Origin: an uncultured Alphaproteobacteria bacterium
GTDB taxonomy: Bacteria > Pseudomonadota > Alphaproteobacteria > Rhizobiales > Xanthobacteraceae
Assembly: GCA_963772885.1 (NCBI GenBank)
Contig: CAVYZC010000009.1
Coordinates: forward strand, 133,751 to 197,750
Length of the DNA: 64,000 nt
Direction: 5' to 3'
This document shows positions 35,980-45,514 of this stretch, in pieces. Made by a program: the position numbers and the translations under genes. The notes under the pieces are model-generated. The model was not told the DNA's origin. It saw only the letters and a list, made by a program, of their open reading frames with translations, and did not search any database. Each line of letters opens with the position of its first letter. Within the stretch, counting starts at the first letter, position 1.

Positions 35980-37219
35980 TCAGTCGGCGAAGCGAAGAAT
36001 CTGGCAAGGATCGCCCGCCTTGGCGGCCGGAGCATGCGGCGCGCGAATCAGCAGCCCGTCGGCGCCGGAGAGATAGGCCAGCATGGAGCTGTCCTGGCGG
36101 TCGAGCGCGGTGGCTTTGAGCCGGCCGTCGGGTTCGCGCTCGATCTTGGCACGCAGATAGTCCTGCCGGTGGTCGTTTTCGGGCAGCGCCTTGCCGAGGA
36201 TCGCAGGCTCGGGCTCGGGCAGAAAATCCGCGCGGCCCTGCAGCTTGCGCAGCAGCGGCACGAGGAACAGCAGCGCGCAGACGTAAGTTGAGACCGGATT
36301 TCCCGGCAGGCCGAGCACGCGCGTCTCTCCCATGCGCGCGAGCAACATGGGCCGGCCGGGCCGCAGCGCCACGCGATGAAAGTCGATCTGTCACGCCCTC
36401 GGCGGCGAGCGCCTTGGCGACCAGGTCGTGCTCGCCGACCGAAGCGCCGCCAAGCGTCACGAGAATATCGACGCCGGCGTCGCGCGCCTTGCGGATCGCG
36501 GCCGCGGTGGCGTCGAGCTGGTCGGGCACGATGCCGAGATCGAGGATCTCCGCGTTCTCGGTGCGCAGCAGCGCCGCGAGCGAAAGCGGATTGGAGGCGA
36601 TGGTGCGATCGGGCGCCGGCATTGCTGCCCGGCGGCACCAGCTCGTCGCCGGTGGCGATGATGGCGACGCGCGGCCGGGCTGCCACCGGAATTTTCGCGT
36701 GATCCATGGCGGCGGCGAGCGCCAGGTCGCGGGCGGAAATGCGCCGCCCAGCATCGAGCAGGACCTGGCCCTGCGCGAAGTCCAAGCCCTTCTTGCGCAC
36801 ATACTGGCCAAGCTTGACGGCGGGCAGGGCGATCTTGTCGCCTTCGGCTTTGGCGTCCTCCTGCGGGATCACGGCGTCGGCGCCGGCGGGCAGCAGCGCG
36901 CCGGTGAAAATGCGCGCGGTCTCGCCGGGCTTGAGGCTGCCGTCGAACGGGCGGCCGGCGGCGGAGGCGCCGACCAGCTTGAGCGTCGCGGGCTTGGCGA
37001 GATCGGCGGCGCGCGCCGCGTAGCCGTCCATGGACGACAGATCGGCCGGCGGCTGGGTGCGGCGGGACGCCAGCGGTTTGGCCAGCACGCGGCCGTACGC
37101 TTCACTGATCGGGATTTCTTCCGAGGGCAGCGGCACCGCGCCGTCGAGCACGCGCTGCAGCGCTTCTCGACGGGGATGAGAGGGGAGGGGTCATCTTGCT
37201 TGACATTCAGGCGGTGCAA
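35980..37219 (-). CDS. moeA: Molybdopterin molybdenumtransferase MoeA (at least 3 apparent indels; start tentative)
   Basis: EALQRVLDGAVPLPSEEIPISEAYGRVLA, SSMDGYA and RIFTGALLPAGADAVIPQED in ORF 36048..37151. ILVTLGGASVGEHDLV is in the frame of ORF 35918... The C-terminus RVLGLPGNPVSTYVCALLF is in ORF 35980..36372. Confidence 0.88.
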
Positions 37220-37361
37220 ATCCCTGTCGTCCCGGATCCAAGCGAGCCGCCGGTTTGATCCGGGGCCAGCGCGAGCCGGGTCCTGATAGCCGACCGGCCA
37301 TGCGAGGTTCTCGCGGCCGGTGGTTATCGGGTCGCCGCTTTCGCGGGAACGACGACCACGC

Positions 37362-37829
<468 letters not shown>

Positions 37830-37864
37830 GCGATCGGATGAGGCTGCAAACGAGTTCGCTGGCG

Positions 37865-37923
37865 CTCACCCCTCCGACCGCCTTCGCTAAAGCTACGGCG
37901 GTCGACCTCCTCAGGGGGGTGAG
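37865..37923. repeat. Palindromic repeat (CTCACCCC ... GGGGTGAG with nested gaccgcc/ggcggtc)
   Basis: ctcacccc (37865-37872) pairs with ggggtgag (37916-37923). The inner pair is gaccgcc and ggcggtc. Lies between trpC and moaC. Confidence 0.6.
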
Positions 37924-37943
37924 AGACAGGCTCGCATGATCCA

Positions 37944-38759
37944 TCACGCGCTCTTCGCTTTGGCTTGTCCAACCCGAGCAACGTGCGGGTCGCGGCGGTC
38001 ACGTCGTCGGCGCGCATCAGGCTCTCGCCCACCAGAAACGCATGCACGCCGGCGGCGGCCAGCCGCGCGATGTCGGCGGGCGTGAAGATACCGCTCTCGC
38101 CGACCACCAGCTTGTCCTTGGGCACGCGCGGGGCGAGCCGCTCGGTGACGGCGAGCGTGGTCTCGAAGGTGCGCAGATCGCGGTTATTGATGCCGATCAG
38201 GCGCGAGCCGATGGCGAGCGCGCGATCGAGCTCGCGCTCGTCGTGCACTTCCAGCAGCGCGTCCATGTTCCAGTGGATCGCGGCGGCAAAACAGCTCGCG
38301 CGCGGTCTTGTCGTCGACCGCGGCCATGATGATGAGGATGCAATCGGCGCCGAGCGCGCGCGATTCCGTCACCTGATAGTGATCGTAGAGGAAATCCTTG
38401 CGCAGCACCGGCAAGGGCGTCGCGGCGCGGGCGGCGACGAGATGCTCGGGCGCGCCTTCGAAGGAGGGCGTGTCGGTGAGCACCGAGAGGCAGCTGGCGC
38501 CGCCGGCGGCATAGGCGCGCGCCAGCGCCGCCGGATCGAAATCGGCGCGGAGCAGGCCGCGCGACGGGCTCGCTTTCTTGATCTCGGCGATCAGCGCCGG
38601 GCGGCCGTGGGCGATGGCGGCCTGCAGCGCGGCGACGAAGCCGCGCGGCGGCGCGGCGCGCTCGGCGTCGGCTTGGACGGCGGCGAGCGGGCGCTCGCGC
38701 TTGGCTTTGGCGATCTCGGCGCGCTTATAGGCGCCGATCCGCTCGAGAACGTCGCTCAT
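37944..38759 (-). CDS. trpC: Indole-3-glycerol-phosphate synthase (indel near 38270; 3' end uncertain)
   Basis: [21 protein letters not shown] and LPVLRKDF in ORF 38184..38759. [12 protein letters not shown] and [12 protein letters not shown] are in ORF 37625..38266. That frame has no stop until 37625, while a neighbouring frame offers TGA at 37944-37946. Confidence 0.85.
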
Positions 38760-38765
38760 GCATGT

Positions 38766-39779
38766 TCAGGCGTTGGAGATTTCGACCAGCCGCTCCAGGC
38801 GCTTCCTGGCGGCGCCGGTATCGACCGATTTGGCGGCGAGCTCAAGCCCCTCTTTCAGCGACTTGGCCTTGTCGGCCACCAGCAGCGCCGCGGCGGCGTT
38901 GATGAGCGCCACGTCGCGGAAGGCGCCGGGCTTGCTCGCGAGCACGCCGCGCAGCGCCTCGGCGTTGTGCATGGCGTCGCCGCCGCGCAGCTCCTCGGGC
39001 TTGGCGCGCTTGAGGCCCACGTCCTCGGGCTTGATCTCGTAGGTCTTGACCTTGCCGCCGGAGAGCTCGGCCACATAGGTCGGTCCGGACGTGGTGATCT
39101 CGTCGAGGCCGTCGGAGCCGTGCACGACGATGGCGCGCTCCGAGCCGAGCGCGCCCAAGACATTGGCGAGCGGTTCGATCCAGGGCCGCGCGAACACGCC
39201 GACCATCTGGCGCTTGACGCCGGCCGGGTTGGAGAGCGGGCCGAGCAGATTGAAGATGGTGCGGGTGCCGAGCTCGACCCGCGTCGGGCCCACGTGCTTC
39301 ATCGCCGGGTGATGCGCCGGCGCGAACATGAAGCCGATGCCGGCTTCCTTGATGCAGCGGGAGATTTCTTCCGGCGTCAGCTCGATCCTGACGCCGAGCG
39401 CGGCGAGCACGTCGGCGGCGCCGGACTTGGAAGACAGCGCGCGGTTGCCGTGCTTGGCCACCGGCACGCCGGCGCCGGCCACGATGAAGGCGGCGCAGGT
39501 GGAGATGTTGTAGGAACCGGTGGCGTCGCCGCCGGTGCCGACCACGTCGATCGCGTCTTTCGGCGCCTCCACGCGCAACATCTTGGCGCGCATGGTGGAG
39601 ACCGCGCCGGTGATTTCCTCGACCGTCTCGCCGCGCAGCCGCAGCGCCATCAGGAAGGCGCCCATCTGCGCCGGCGTCGCCTCGCCCGACATCATCTTGT
39701 CGAAGGCGTGGGCGGCCTCCTCGCGCGTCAGCGTCGCGCCGGTCGCCACCTTGCCGATCAGCGCGCGGAACCGTTCCAT
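38766..39779 (-). CDS. trpD: Anthranilate phosphoribosyltransferase
   Basis: Intact 337-aa ORF with [35 protein letters not shown] and [14 protein letters not shown]. Confidence 0.95.
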   Translation of the reverse strand: MERFRALIGKVATGATLTREEAAHAFDKMMSGEATPAQMGAFLMALRLRGETVEEITGAVSTMRAKMLRVEAPKDAIDVVGTGGDATGSYNISTCAAFIVAGAGVPVAKHGNRALSSKSGAADVLAALGVRIELTPEEISRCIKEAGIGFMFAPAHHPAMKHVGPTRVELGTRTIFNLLGPLSNPAGVKRQMVGVFARPWIEPLANVLGALGSERAIVVHGSDGLDEITTSGPTYVAELSGGKVKTYEIKPEDVGLKRAKPEELRGGDAMHNAEALRGVLASKPGAFRDVALINAAAALLVADKAKSLKEGLELAAKSVDTGAARKRLERLVEISNA

Positions 39780-39782
39780 GGA

Positions 39783-40377
39783 TCACGCGCGCTTGCCGGC
39801 GCGGAAGGCGCGCGCCAGCTCGAGAAAATTCTTCAAGATGGTCTGGCCGTGCTCGGACGCGATGCTTTCGGGATGGAACTGCACGCCGTGCACCGGATGG
39901 CGCTGGTGGGAGACCGCCATCACCAGCCCGTCGTCGGTCTCGGCGGTGACGGAGAGATCCTTGGGCATGGTGTCGCGCTCGATGACCAGCGAGTGATAGC
40001 GCGTCGCCGCGAACGGGCCGTTGATGCCGCGCAGCACGCCTTCGCCGCTGTGGTTGATCTGGCTCAGCTTCCCATGCACCGGGTGCGCGCGCACGATGTC
40101 GCCGCCATAAGCCTGGCCGATCGACTGGTGGCCGAGGCAGACGCCGAGAATCGGCGTGGTCTCGGCCCAGCCGCTCGATCACCTCGACCGAAATGCCGGC
40201 TTCCTTGGGCGTGCAGGGGCCGGGCGAAATCACGATCGCGTCGACGCGCTTCTTGGCGAGCGCATCGACGGTGATTTCGTCATTCCGGTGCACCTCGACC
40301 GTGGCCCCGAGCGCACCGAGCGCGTGCACCAGGTTCCAGGTGAAGCTGTCGTAGTTGTCGATCAAGGCTACATGCAT
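39783..40377 (-). CDS. trpG: Anthranilate synthase component II (glutamine amidotransferase; one apparent indel near 40150)
   Basis: MHVALIDNYDSFTWNLVH and VISPGPCTP are in the frame of ORF 38842..40416. HSLVIERDTMP and HPVHGVQFHPESI are in ORF 39783..40094. Its stop overlaps the trpD start region. Confidence 0.9.
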
Positions 40378-40422
40378 GGGCTCGATCCCGGGCGAGTGGG
40401 TGCCACTTGGTGTCATCGCGCG

Positions 40423-40752
40423 TCAAGCGCCCCGCAGGTCGAGGAAGACGGCAAGGGCTTGATCGAGCAGCGCGACTTGGGCCTCCGCCAGCTGCCCAAA
40501 TCTTTGGCCGATTTGTTCGTGCGGAACGGTCAGGATCTTGTCGACCATGATCCATGAAGCGCGTTGCAGGCCATTCAGGTGATCTGGATCGAGCCTAATG
40601 CGCAGGTCGACGGGCTCAGTTTCCTCGCTGGTGATCAGGCAAAGGGTCACCGAGGCTAGCGGGAAGGCGTCCGATTGGATGATCACCGCCGGTCTTGGCT
40701 TGCCGGTGTAAGGCAAGTTGGCGGCTACCGTGACGAGATCGCCGCGCTTCAA
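40423..40752 (-). CDS. Type II toxin, PemK/MazF family (mRNA interferase-like)
   Basis: LKRGDLVTVAANLPYTGKPRPAVIIQSDAF...ITSE...LRIRLDP...NGLQRASWIMVDKILTVP is the classic MazF/PemK pattern. The likely TTG start at 40752 overlaps the antitoxin stop (TTGA). The track ORF 40423..40881 extends upstream through the antitoxin tail. Confidence 0.8.
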   Translation of the reverse strand: MKRGDLVTVAANLPYTGKPRPAVIIQSDAFPLASVTLCLITSEETEPVDLRIRLDPDHLNGLQRASWIMVDKILTVPHEQIGQRFGQLAEAQVALLDQALAVFLDLRGA

Positions 40753-41009
40753 CGATCGGACCAATCGGCCGCAGCCTGGATGAAATCGAGGGCTTCCTTC
40801 TCGCCGCGGGATGCATTGATGATGCGCGACTGACGCAAGGCCTCGCACCGGAACGCCGGGGAGCGCTGGTCGGGAAGCCACATTTGAACAAGACGCAGGC
40901 CCTGCGCGCGCATGCGCGTGCGATGCGCCCGCACCCTTTCGCGCGAGGACTTAGTCTTGGCGGGCTTCGCCTTTGACGGCTTGCGCCCGGACTTGGACGT
41001 GCGCGACAT
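40749..41009 (-). CDS. Cognate antitoxin (basic N-terminus; MazE-like / DUF3018-like by memory)
   Basis: Intact 86-aa ORF ...RERVRAHRTRMRAQGLRLVQMWLPDQRSPAFRCEALRQSRII...FIQAAADWSD, with an AGGAA SD. Classic small-upstream-gene TA layout. Confidence 0.7.
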   Translation of the reverse strand: MSRTSKSGRKPSKAKPAKTKSSRERVRAHRTRMRAQGLRLVQMWLPDQRSPAFRCEALRQSRIINASRGEKEALDFIQAAADWSDR

Positions 41010-41019
41010 TGCAGGTTCC

Positions 41020-41033
41020 TGTTACATGTAACA
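41020..41033. promoter_or_regulatory. Perfect 14-bp palindrome, candidate TA operator
   Basis: TGTTACATGTAACA lies 11-24 nt upstream of the antitoxin ATG. On the coding strand it overlaps a possible TATGTT -10 with TTGCGG 17 nt upstream. Confidence 0.5.
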
Positions 41034-41070
41034 TAAAGCCGTCTGGGCCCGGCCGCAAGGCCAGCGATGG

Positions 41071-42588
41071 CTACTGCCCGCGCCCGGCTTCGCTGGCGAA
41101 GCGCCGGGCCTCCTCGGCGGCGCGGAACAGCGCCTTGGCCTTGTTCTGGCACTCGATCTGCTCCGAGCGCGGCACGGAGTCGGCGACGATGCCGGCGCCG
41201 GCCTGCACGTACATGACGCCGTCCTTGACCAGCGCGGTGCGCAGCACGATGCAGGTGTCCATCTCGCCCATGGCGGAGAAATAGCCGACGGCGCCGGCAT
41301 AGATGCCGCGCTTTTCCTGTTCCAGTTCGTCGATGATCTGCATGGCGCGCACCTTGGGCGCGCCGGAAACGGTGCCGGCGGGGAAGCCCGCGATCAGCGC
41401 GTCGAGCGCGTCGTATTTCGGATCGAGCTCGCCCTCGACGTTCGAGACGATGTGCATGACCTGGCTGTAGCGCTCGACGAAGAACTGGTCGGTGACTTTC
41501 ACGGTCGCCATCTTCGACACGCGCCCGGCGTCGTTGCGGCCCAGGTCGAGGAGCATGAGATGCTCGGCGCGCTCCTTGGGGTCGGACAAGAGTTCCTCTT
41601 CCAGCGCCTTGTCCTCGTGCGGGGTGGCGCCGCGCGGCTTGGTGCCGGCGATCGGGCGCACGATCACCTTGCCGTCGCGCACGCGCACCAGGATTTCCGG
41701 GCTGGAGCCCGCGACCGCATAGCCGCCGAAGTCGAGATAATAGAGAAACGGCGCCGGGTTCACGCGCCGCAGCGCCCGATAGAGCGCGAACGGCGGCAGC
41801 TTGAACGGCGCCTCGAAGCGCTGCGACAGCACGACCTGGAAGATATCGCCGGCCAGGATGTATTCCTTGGCCCGCAGCACCATGGCCTCGAATTCGGTGG
41901 GCGTGGTGTTGGAGCTCGCCGCCGCCGCGATCGGGCCGACTTCGGCGTGGGGCGATTGCTTATCAAGGGGCTTTTCCAGCGCGTCGACCACCGCGCTTAG
42001 GCGCTCGGCCGCGCGGGCAAACGCGGCCTTGGCGTTGACTTGCGGATCGGGGCGCACGGGGGTGACAATCGTAATGGTGTCCTGCACCGCGTCGAAAATC
42101 ACCACGATCGTGGGCCGGAGCAGCACCGCGTCGGGAATGGCGATGGGGTCCGGCTTCTGCGCCGGAAGCTTCTCCATCAGCCGCACCATGTCGTAGCCGA
42201 GATAGCCGAACACGCCGGCCGCCATGGGCGGCAGCGCGGCGGGAATCTCGATCCGGCTCTCGGCAATCAGCGCGCGCAGCGACTGCAAGGGAGATTCGGG
42301 GCAGGGGACGAAGGCCGCGGGCTTGGTGAGCGCGCTGCGGTTGATCTCGGCTCGCTTGCCGTTGGTGCGCCACACCAGATCGGGCTCGAGCCCGATGATC
42401 GAGTAGCGCCCGCGCACGGCGCCGCCCTCGACCGACTCGAACAGGAAGGCGTTGCGCTTGCCGCCGGCGAGCTTGAGAAACGCCGAGACCGGCGTCTCCA
42501 GATCGGCGACCAAGGTGGTGGAGACGAGTTGCGGCGCGCCTGCGGAATAGCGGGCGGCGAAGGCCGGCTGCTCCGGGGCGATCTCCAT
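41071..42588 (-). CDS. trpE: Anthranilate synthase component I
   Basis: C-terminal 505 aa of the 1125-aa track ORF, starting at MEIAPEQPAFAARY. LLSDPKERAEHLMLLDLGRND and GTVSGAPKVRAMQIIDELE. The ATG shares one base with the ppiD-like stop (TGATG). Confidence 0.93.
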   Translation of the reverse strand: MEIAPEQPAFAARYSAGAPQLVSTTLVADLETPVSAFLKLAGGKRNAFLFESVEGGAVRGRYSIIGLEPDLVWRTNGKRAEINRSALTKPAAFVPCPESPLQSLRALIAESRIEIPAALPPMAAGVFGYLGYDMVRLMEKLPAQKPDPIAIPDAVLLRPTIVVIFDAVQDTITIVTPVRPDPQVNAKAAFARAAERLSAVVDALEKPLDKQSPHAEVGPIAAAASSNTTPTEFEAMVLRAKEYILAGDIFQVVLSQRFEAPFKLPPFALYRALRRVNPAPFLYYLDFGGYAVAGSSPEILVRVRDGKVIVRPIAGTKPRGATPHEDKALEEELLSDPKERAEHLMLLDLGRNDAGRVSKMATVKVTDQFFVERYSQVMHIVSNVEGELDPKYDALDALIAGFPAGTVSGAPKVRAMQIIDELEQEKRGIYAGAVGYFSAMGEMDTCIVLRTALVKDGVMYVQAGAGIVADSVPRSEQIECQNKAKALFRAAEEARRFASEAGRGQ

Positions 42589-44483
42589 CAGTTCCGTTCG
42601 CCGCCGACCACCCGTTGCAGCGCGGCGTCGTTGATACGCACGCCGAGCTCGCTCTGCAGGCGGATCAGATACTGGGTGATAAGATCGTCCTCGATGCCCT
42701 TGAGCAATTGCTCGGTCTGCGCCGCGACCACGGTCGCGTCGGTTGGCATCGCGATCGCGGTCACCCGAAAGACGACGCGGCCGATGCCGTCGTCGGGCAC
42801 CGCGACGGCGGCCTTGCCCTGCGGCGTGTCGAAGATGCGCGCGATCACGCGGGTGTCGAGCCCTTCGGCGGGCTTGCCGCGCGTGAGCTTGTTCCGGGTC
42901 TGCACCGCCAGGCCCGGCGCGGCGACGGCGAAGGTTGAGCCGGCATCGAGCTTGCCGCGGATTTCTTCGGCCCGCGCGCTGAGCTTCTTGCTGACCTCCT
43001 CCTCGCGCCAGCGCGCCTCGACCCGCGACTTGGCCTCCTCGAGCGTGCGGTCGCGCGAGGGCGCGATCTCCAGCACGTCGTACCAGACGTAGCCGAGGGC
43101 CTGGCCTTGCACGCGCATCTCGATGGCGTCGCTCTCGACGCCGACGCGGGCGGCGAAGGCGCCGGTGAGCAGCTGTTCGCGCGCCGGCAGGTTCTGCAGC
43201 AGCGCGCCTTCCGGGTCGCGGCCGCTGCGGTCGACCGCCTCGATGGCGGTGAGCGTGAGGCCGACCTTGCGGGCGGTCTCCGCCAGCGTGGCGCCGGAAG
43301 CGCGGTCGTCCTCGATCTTGTCGTGCAGATCGAGCATCTGGCGGCGCGCCTGTTCGGTCGCGAGCTCGCGGCGCAGCGCCGGCTCGAGCTCGCTGAACGG
43401 CGGCTCGCGGCCGGGCTCGATCTTGACCACGCGCACGATCACCGGGCCGAAGCGGCCGGCGACCGGGGCGCTGGTCGCGCCGGCGGCGAGCGCGAAGGCG
43501 GCCTCGGCGACGGCGGCGTCCAACAGCTCGCGCTTGGTCACCAGCCCGAGCGAGGTGTCCTTCTTGTCGAGCTTGCGCTCGAGAACGATCTCTTCGAACT
43601 TGGCGCCGGAGCGCAGGCGCTCGGCCACGGCTTTGGCTTCCTCGGCGTTGGCGAAGACGATCTGCTCGACCTCGCGCTTCTCGGGCGTCGAGAAGCGGTC
43701 CTTGCGGTCCTCGTAGGCCTTCTTGAGGTCGGCCTCGGAAATCTGGATCCAGGGCAGTAGCGTCTCCGGGCTCAGCGCGAGCAGGGCGATCTTGCGGAAC
43801 TCCGGCGCGCGGAACGTGGCCTTGCGTTCCTCGAAGAACTTGGCGATCTGCTCGGGCGTGGGGGCCGGAATTTCGCCGGCGTCGCGCGGCGCCAAGGTCA
43901 CGAACTCGGCGTTGCGCTCCTCGATCTCGTAGCGGCGCACCGCCTCGCGCAGCACGGTGGGCGCGGCGACTTCGCCGCCCAGCGCGCGCGCGATCTGCTG
44001 GCGCAGCATGAGCTTGCGCTCGGCCGCGACGTAGCGCGCCTCGGTGAAGCCGTTGTTGCGCAGCACCCCTTGGAAGTAAGCCGGATCGAACGAGCCGCCG
44101 GGGCCGCGGAAATTCGGATCGGCCTGGATGTGGCGCGCGAGCGTGGCGTCGTCGATAGTGAGTCCGAGCGCGCGCGCCTTCTCGTCGAAGGCGTTCTCGG
44201 CCATGAGCTCGCCGAGGATCTGGCGGTCGAGGCCGAGCGTGCGCGCCTGGTCGGGCGTAATGCCGCGGCCGAACTGGCGCGAGAGCGTCTGCAGGCGGTC
44301 GGTATAGATGCGGCGGAAGTCCTCGGCGCCGATCTTGGTCGAGCCGATCACGGCCACGTCCGCCGCGCCGAAGCCGCGGAACACGTCGGCGATGCCCCAG
44401 ATGCCGAACGCAACGATCAGCAGGCCGAGCAGGATCTTGGTGACCCACCCGCCGGCGCCTTCGCGCAACTTGGTCATCAACAT
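42588..44483 (-). CDS. ppiD: Periplasmic chaperone / peptidyl-prolyl isomerase, PpiD-like (SurA N-terminal domain protein)
   Basis: Intact 631-aa ORF with an N-terminal membrane anchor (VTKILLGLLIVAFGIWGI), a SurA_N-like region and a long helical chaperone body. Confidence 0.8.
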   Translation of the reverse strand: MLMTKLREGAGGWVTKILLGLLIVAFGIWGIADVFRGFGAADVAVIGSTKIGAEDFRRIYTDRLQTLSRQFGRGITPDQARTLGLDRQILGELMAENAFDEKARALGLTIDDATLARHIQADPNFRGPGGSFDPAYFQGVLRNNGFTEARYVAAERKLMLRQQIARALGGEVAAPTVLREAVRRYEIEERNAEFVTLAPRDAGEIPAPTPEQIAKFFEERKATFRAPEFRKIALLALSPETLLPWIQISEADLKKAYEDRKDRFSTPEKREVEQIVFANAEEAKAVAERLRSGAKFEEIVLERKLDKKDTSLGLVTKRELLDAAVAEAAFALAAGATSAPVAGRFGPVIVRVVKIEPGREPPFSELEPALRRELATEQARRQMLDLHDKIEDDRASGATLAETARKVGLTLTAIEAVDRSGRDPEGALLQNLPAREQLLTGAFAARVGVESDAIEMRVQGQALGYVWYDVLEIAPSRDRTLEEAKSRVEARWREEEVSKKLSARAEEIRGKLDAGSTFAVAAPGLAVQTRNKLTRGKPAEGLDTRVIARIFDTPQGKAAVAVPDDGIGRVVFRVTAIAMPTDATVVAAQTEQLLKGIEDDLITQYLIRLQSELGVRINDAALQRVVGGERN

Positions 44484-44593
44484 GGGATTTTCCGGCTCCG
44501 TTTTCCGTTCCTGGCTCGAATGCGGGCGGACTATAGGGATGGGGGTTTAGGGGGGCAATGCGGGCTTAGTGGCGACGGCCGCACGGTCCCTTT

Positions 44594-44747
44594 CCCTCTC
44601 CCCGCGTGCGGGGAGAGGGTGGCGAGCCTGCCGTAGCGCGAAGCGCGAAGGCGTGGCGCGCCGGGGAGGGGGTGTGACCGAGAATTGCCCCTCTCCCGGT
44701 TCCTCGCTTTGCTCGGAACCGCCCTCTCCCGGTAAACGGGGAGAGGG
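44594..44747. repeat. Cluster of A/B-family palindromic repeats
   Basis: ccctctcccc gcgtgc ggggagaggg (44594-44619) is followed by tggcgagcctgccgtagcgcgaagcgcgaag, the reverse complement of 46452-46490. A ggttcc...ggaacc hairpin is at 44698-44720. ccctctccc ggtaaac ggggagaggg is at 44722-44747. Confidence 0.8.
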
Positions 44748-44759
44748 GAAAAAGCGGCG

Positions 44760-45257
44760 AGGCCGGGCAAAAACGTGGATAGACAAACCAGGGCGATCCG
44801 AAAAAGACCAAGGATCGCGCGCACTTAGGAATTTTTTCAAGAAGCTTTATCCACACTCTCCCAGGCGCGCGTATATTCGCCGCCGTCTCGATCCACGAGG
44901 GGCGCATCCGGATGCGACCTGATGTGCGGATCGGGAGCGGTGCCCGCCATAGCCCGTTCGCACGGGCGACGGCGGGGGCCCAAGCCACGCAGGCCCGGTC
45001 CACCGGCCGTGGGCCACCAGTGGAGGGTAACAATGGTCTGCCCTCCAGGGTCGGCGTGGAGCAAGCCTCAAACACCGCGCGCGGGACGCCGGCTAGCGCC
45101 GGAGCCTGCGAAAGTTCCTCGGCATTGCCTCGTCGCCGCGAGGCGCCGAGGCCGCGGGGTCCGTCGCGACCCCGGCGTCCCGCGCCGCCCTCACAAGGGG
45201 CGGACCGGAGTTGCGTAGCCAAGCCTCGGAGCGGATTCCGCTCGCGGGAACGCTGTT
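44760..45257. other. Unassigned hairpin-dense non-coding segment (candidate structured RNA or degenerate repeat mosaic)
   Basis: No credible ORF. Perfect local stems at 44904-44915, 44943-44976 (nested), 45022-45046, 45117-45151 (nested) and 45156-45173. No match to RNA-family motifs I know. Confidence 0.3.
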
Positions 45258-45442
45258 CGTCATCCTGAGGTGGCCGCGTGGTCGAGGCCCGGACGTCATC
45301 CTGAGGCGCGAGCGAAGCGAGCCCGAAGGAGGACGGCCGGGCTCCCCACCATGACGGCGAGACCCTCAAAGGATGACGAACCTAGGCAAGCGCCGCCATC
45401 CTTCGAGGCTCGCCCTTCGGGCTCGCGCCTCAGGATGACGGC
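45258..45442. repeat. Family C intergenic repeats (two to three tandem/inverted units)
   Basis: cgtcatcctgagg occurs at 45258 and again as gtcatcctgagg at 45295. The inverted cctcaggatgacgg is at 45429. Parallels 32461-32580. Confidence 0.75.
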
Positions 45443-45514
45443 TTGGCAAGTCCCACTGGCGCACACGCGAGTCGGTTTGATAGCGCCTTTCAGCAGAAAG
45501 ACAGGGATTCGCAC

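Noticed and set aside
37965-40274. Very long antisense ORFs (769 aa here; also 2432..3895 -, 5873..7348 -, 54249..56054 -, 10948..12261 -, 26491..28368 -)
   Set aside because: All lie opposite well-supported conserved genes (trpC/D/G, dnaE, tsf/pyrH, pdhA/B, rseP, ATPase). They have Arg/Ala/Gly/Pro-dominated low-complexity translations and no recognisable motifs. This is expected from stop-codon depletion in high-GC DNA.
41071-44448. Single 1125-aa ORF on the minus strand, which could be read as a giant fusion protein
   Set aside because: Only the C-terminal 505 aa (from MEIAPEQ at 42588) look like a real protein (TrpE). The N-terminal ~620 aa are arginine/alanine/proline-rich and run in an alternative frame over the well-formed 631-aa PpiD-like ORF 42588..44483. 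This is a typical GC-rich overprinting artefact.
44860-45257. tmRNA, RNase P RNA, SRP RNA, 6S RNA or TPP/cobalamin riboswitch in the orphan structured segment
   Set aside because: I looked for the hallmark motifs on both strands. For tmRNA: a T-loop GGTTCGA..CCA and an ANDN-type tag frame. For RNase P: GAGGAAAGTCCGG and ACAGAACCCGGCTTA. For SRP: GGAAGGAAGCAGC. For TPP: CTGAGA...ACCTGATCTGGATAATGCC. Only vague resemblances were found (GGGGCGCATCCGGATGCGAC, GGAGCAAGCC, ACCTGATG), and in the wrong order or context. No known family can be claimed.
44566-45369. 267-aa minus-strand ORF spanning the ppiD-tpiA gap
   Set aside because: Its translation is a concatenation of repeat-derived pseudo-peptides (SPPSPRTRGEGKG, PQDDE, etc.) with extreme Arg/Pro/Gly content. 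It crosses three different repeat families and is not a plausible protein.
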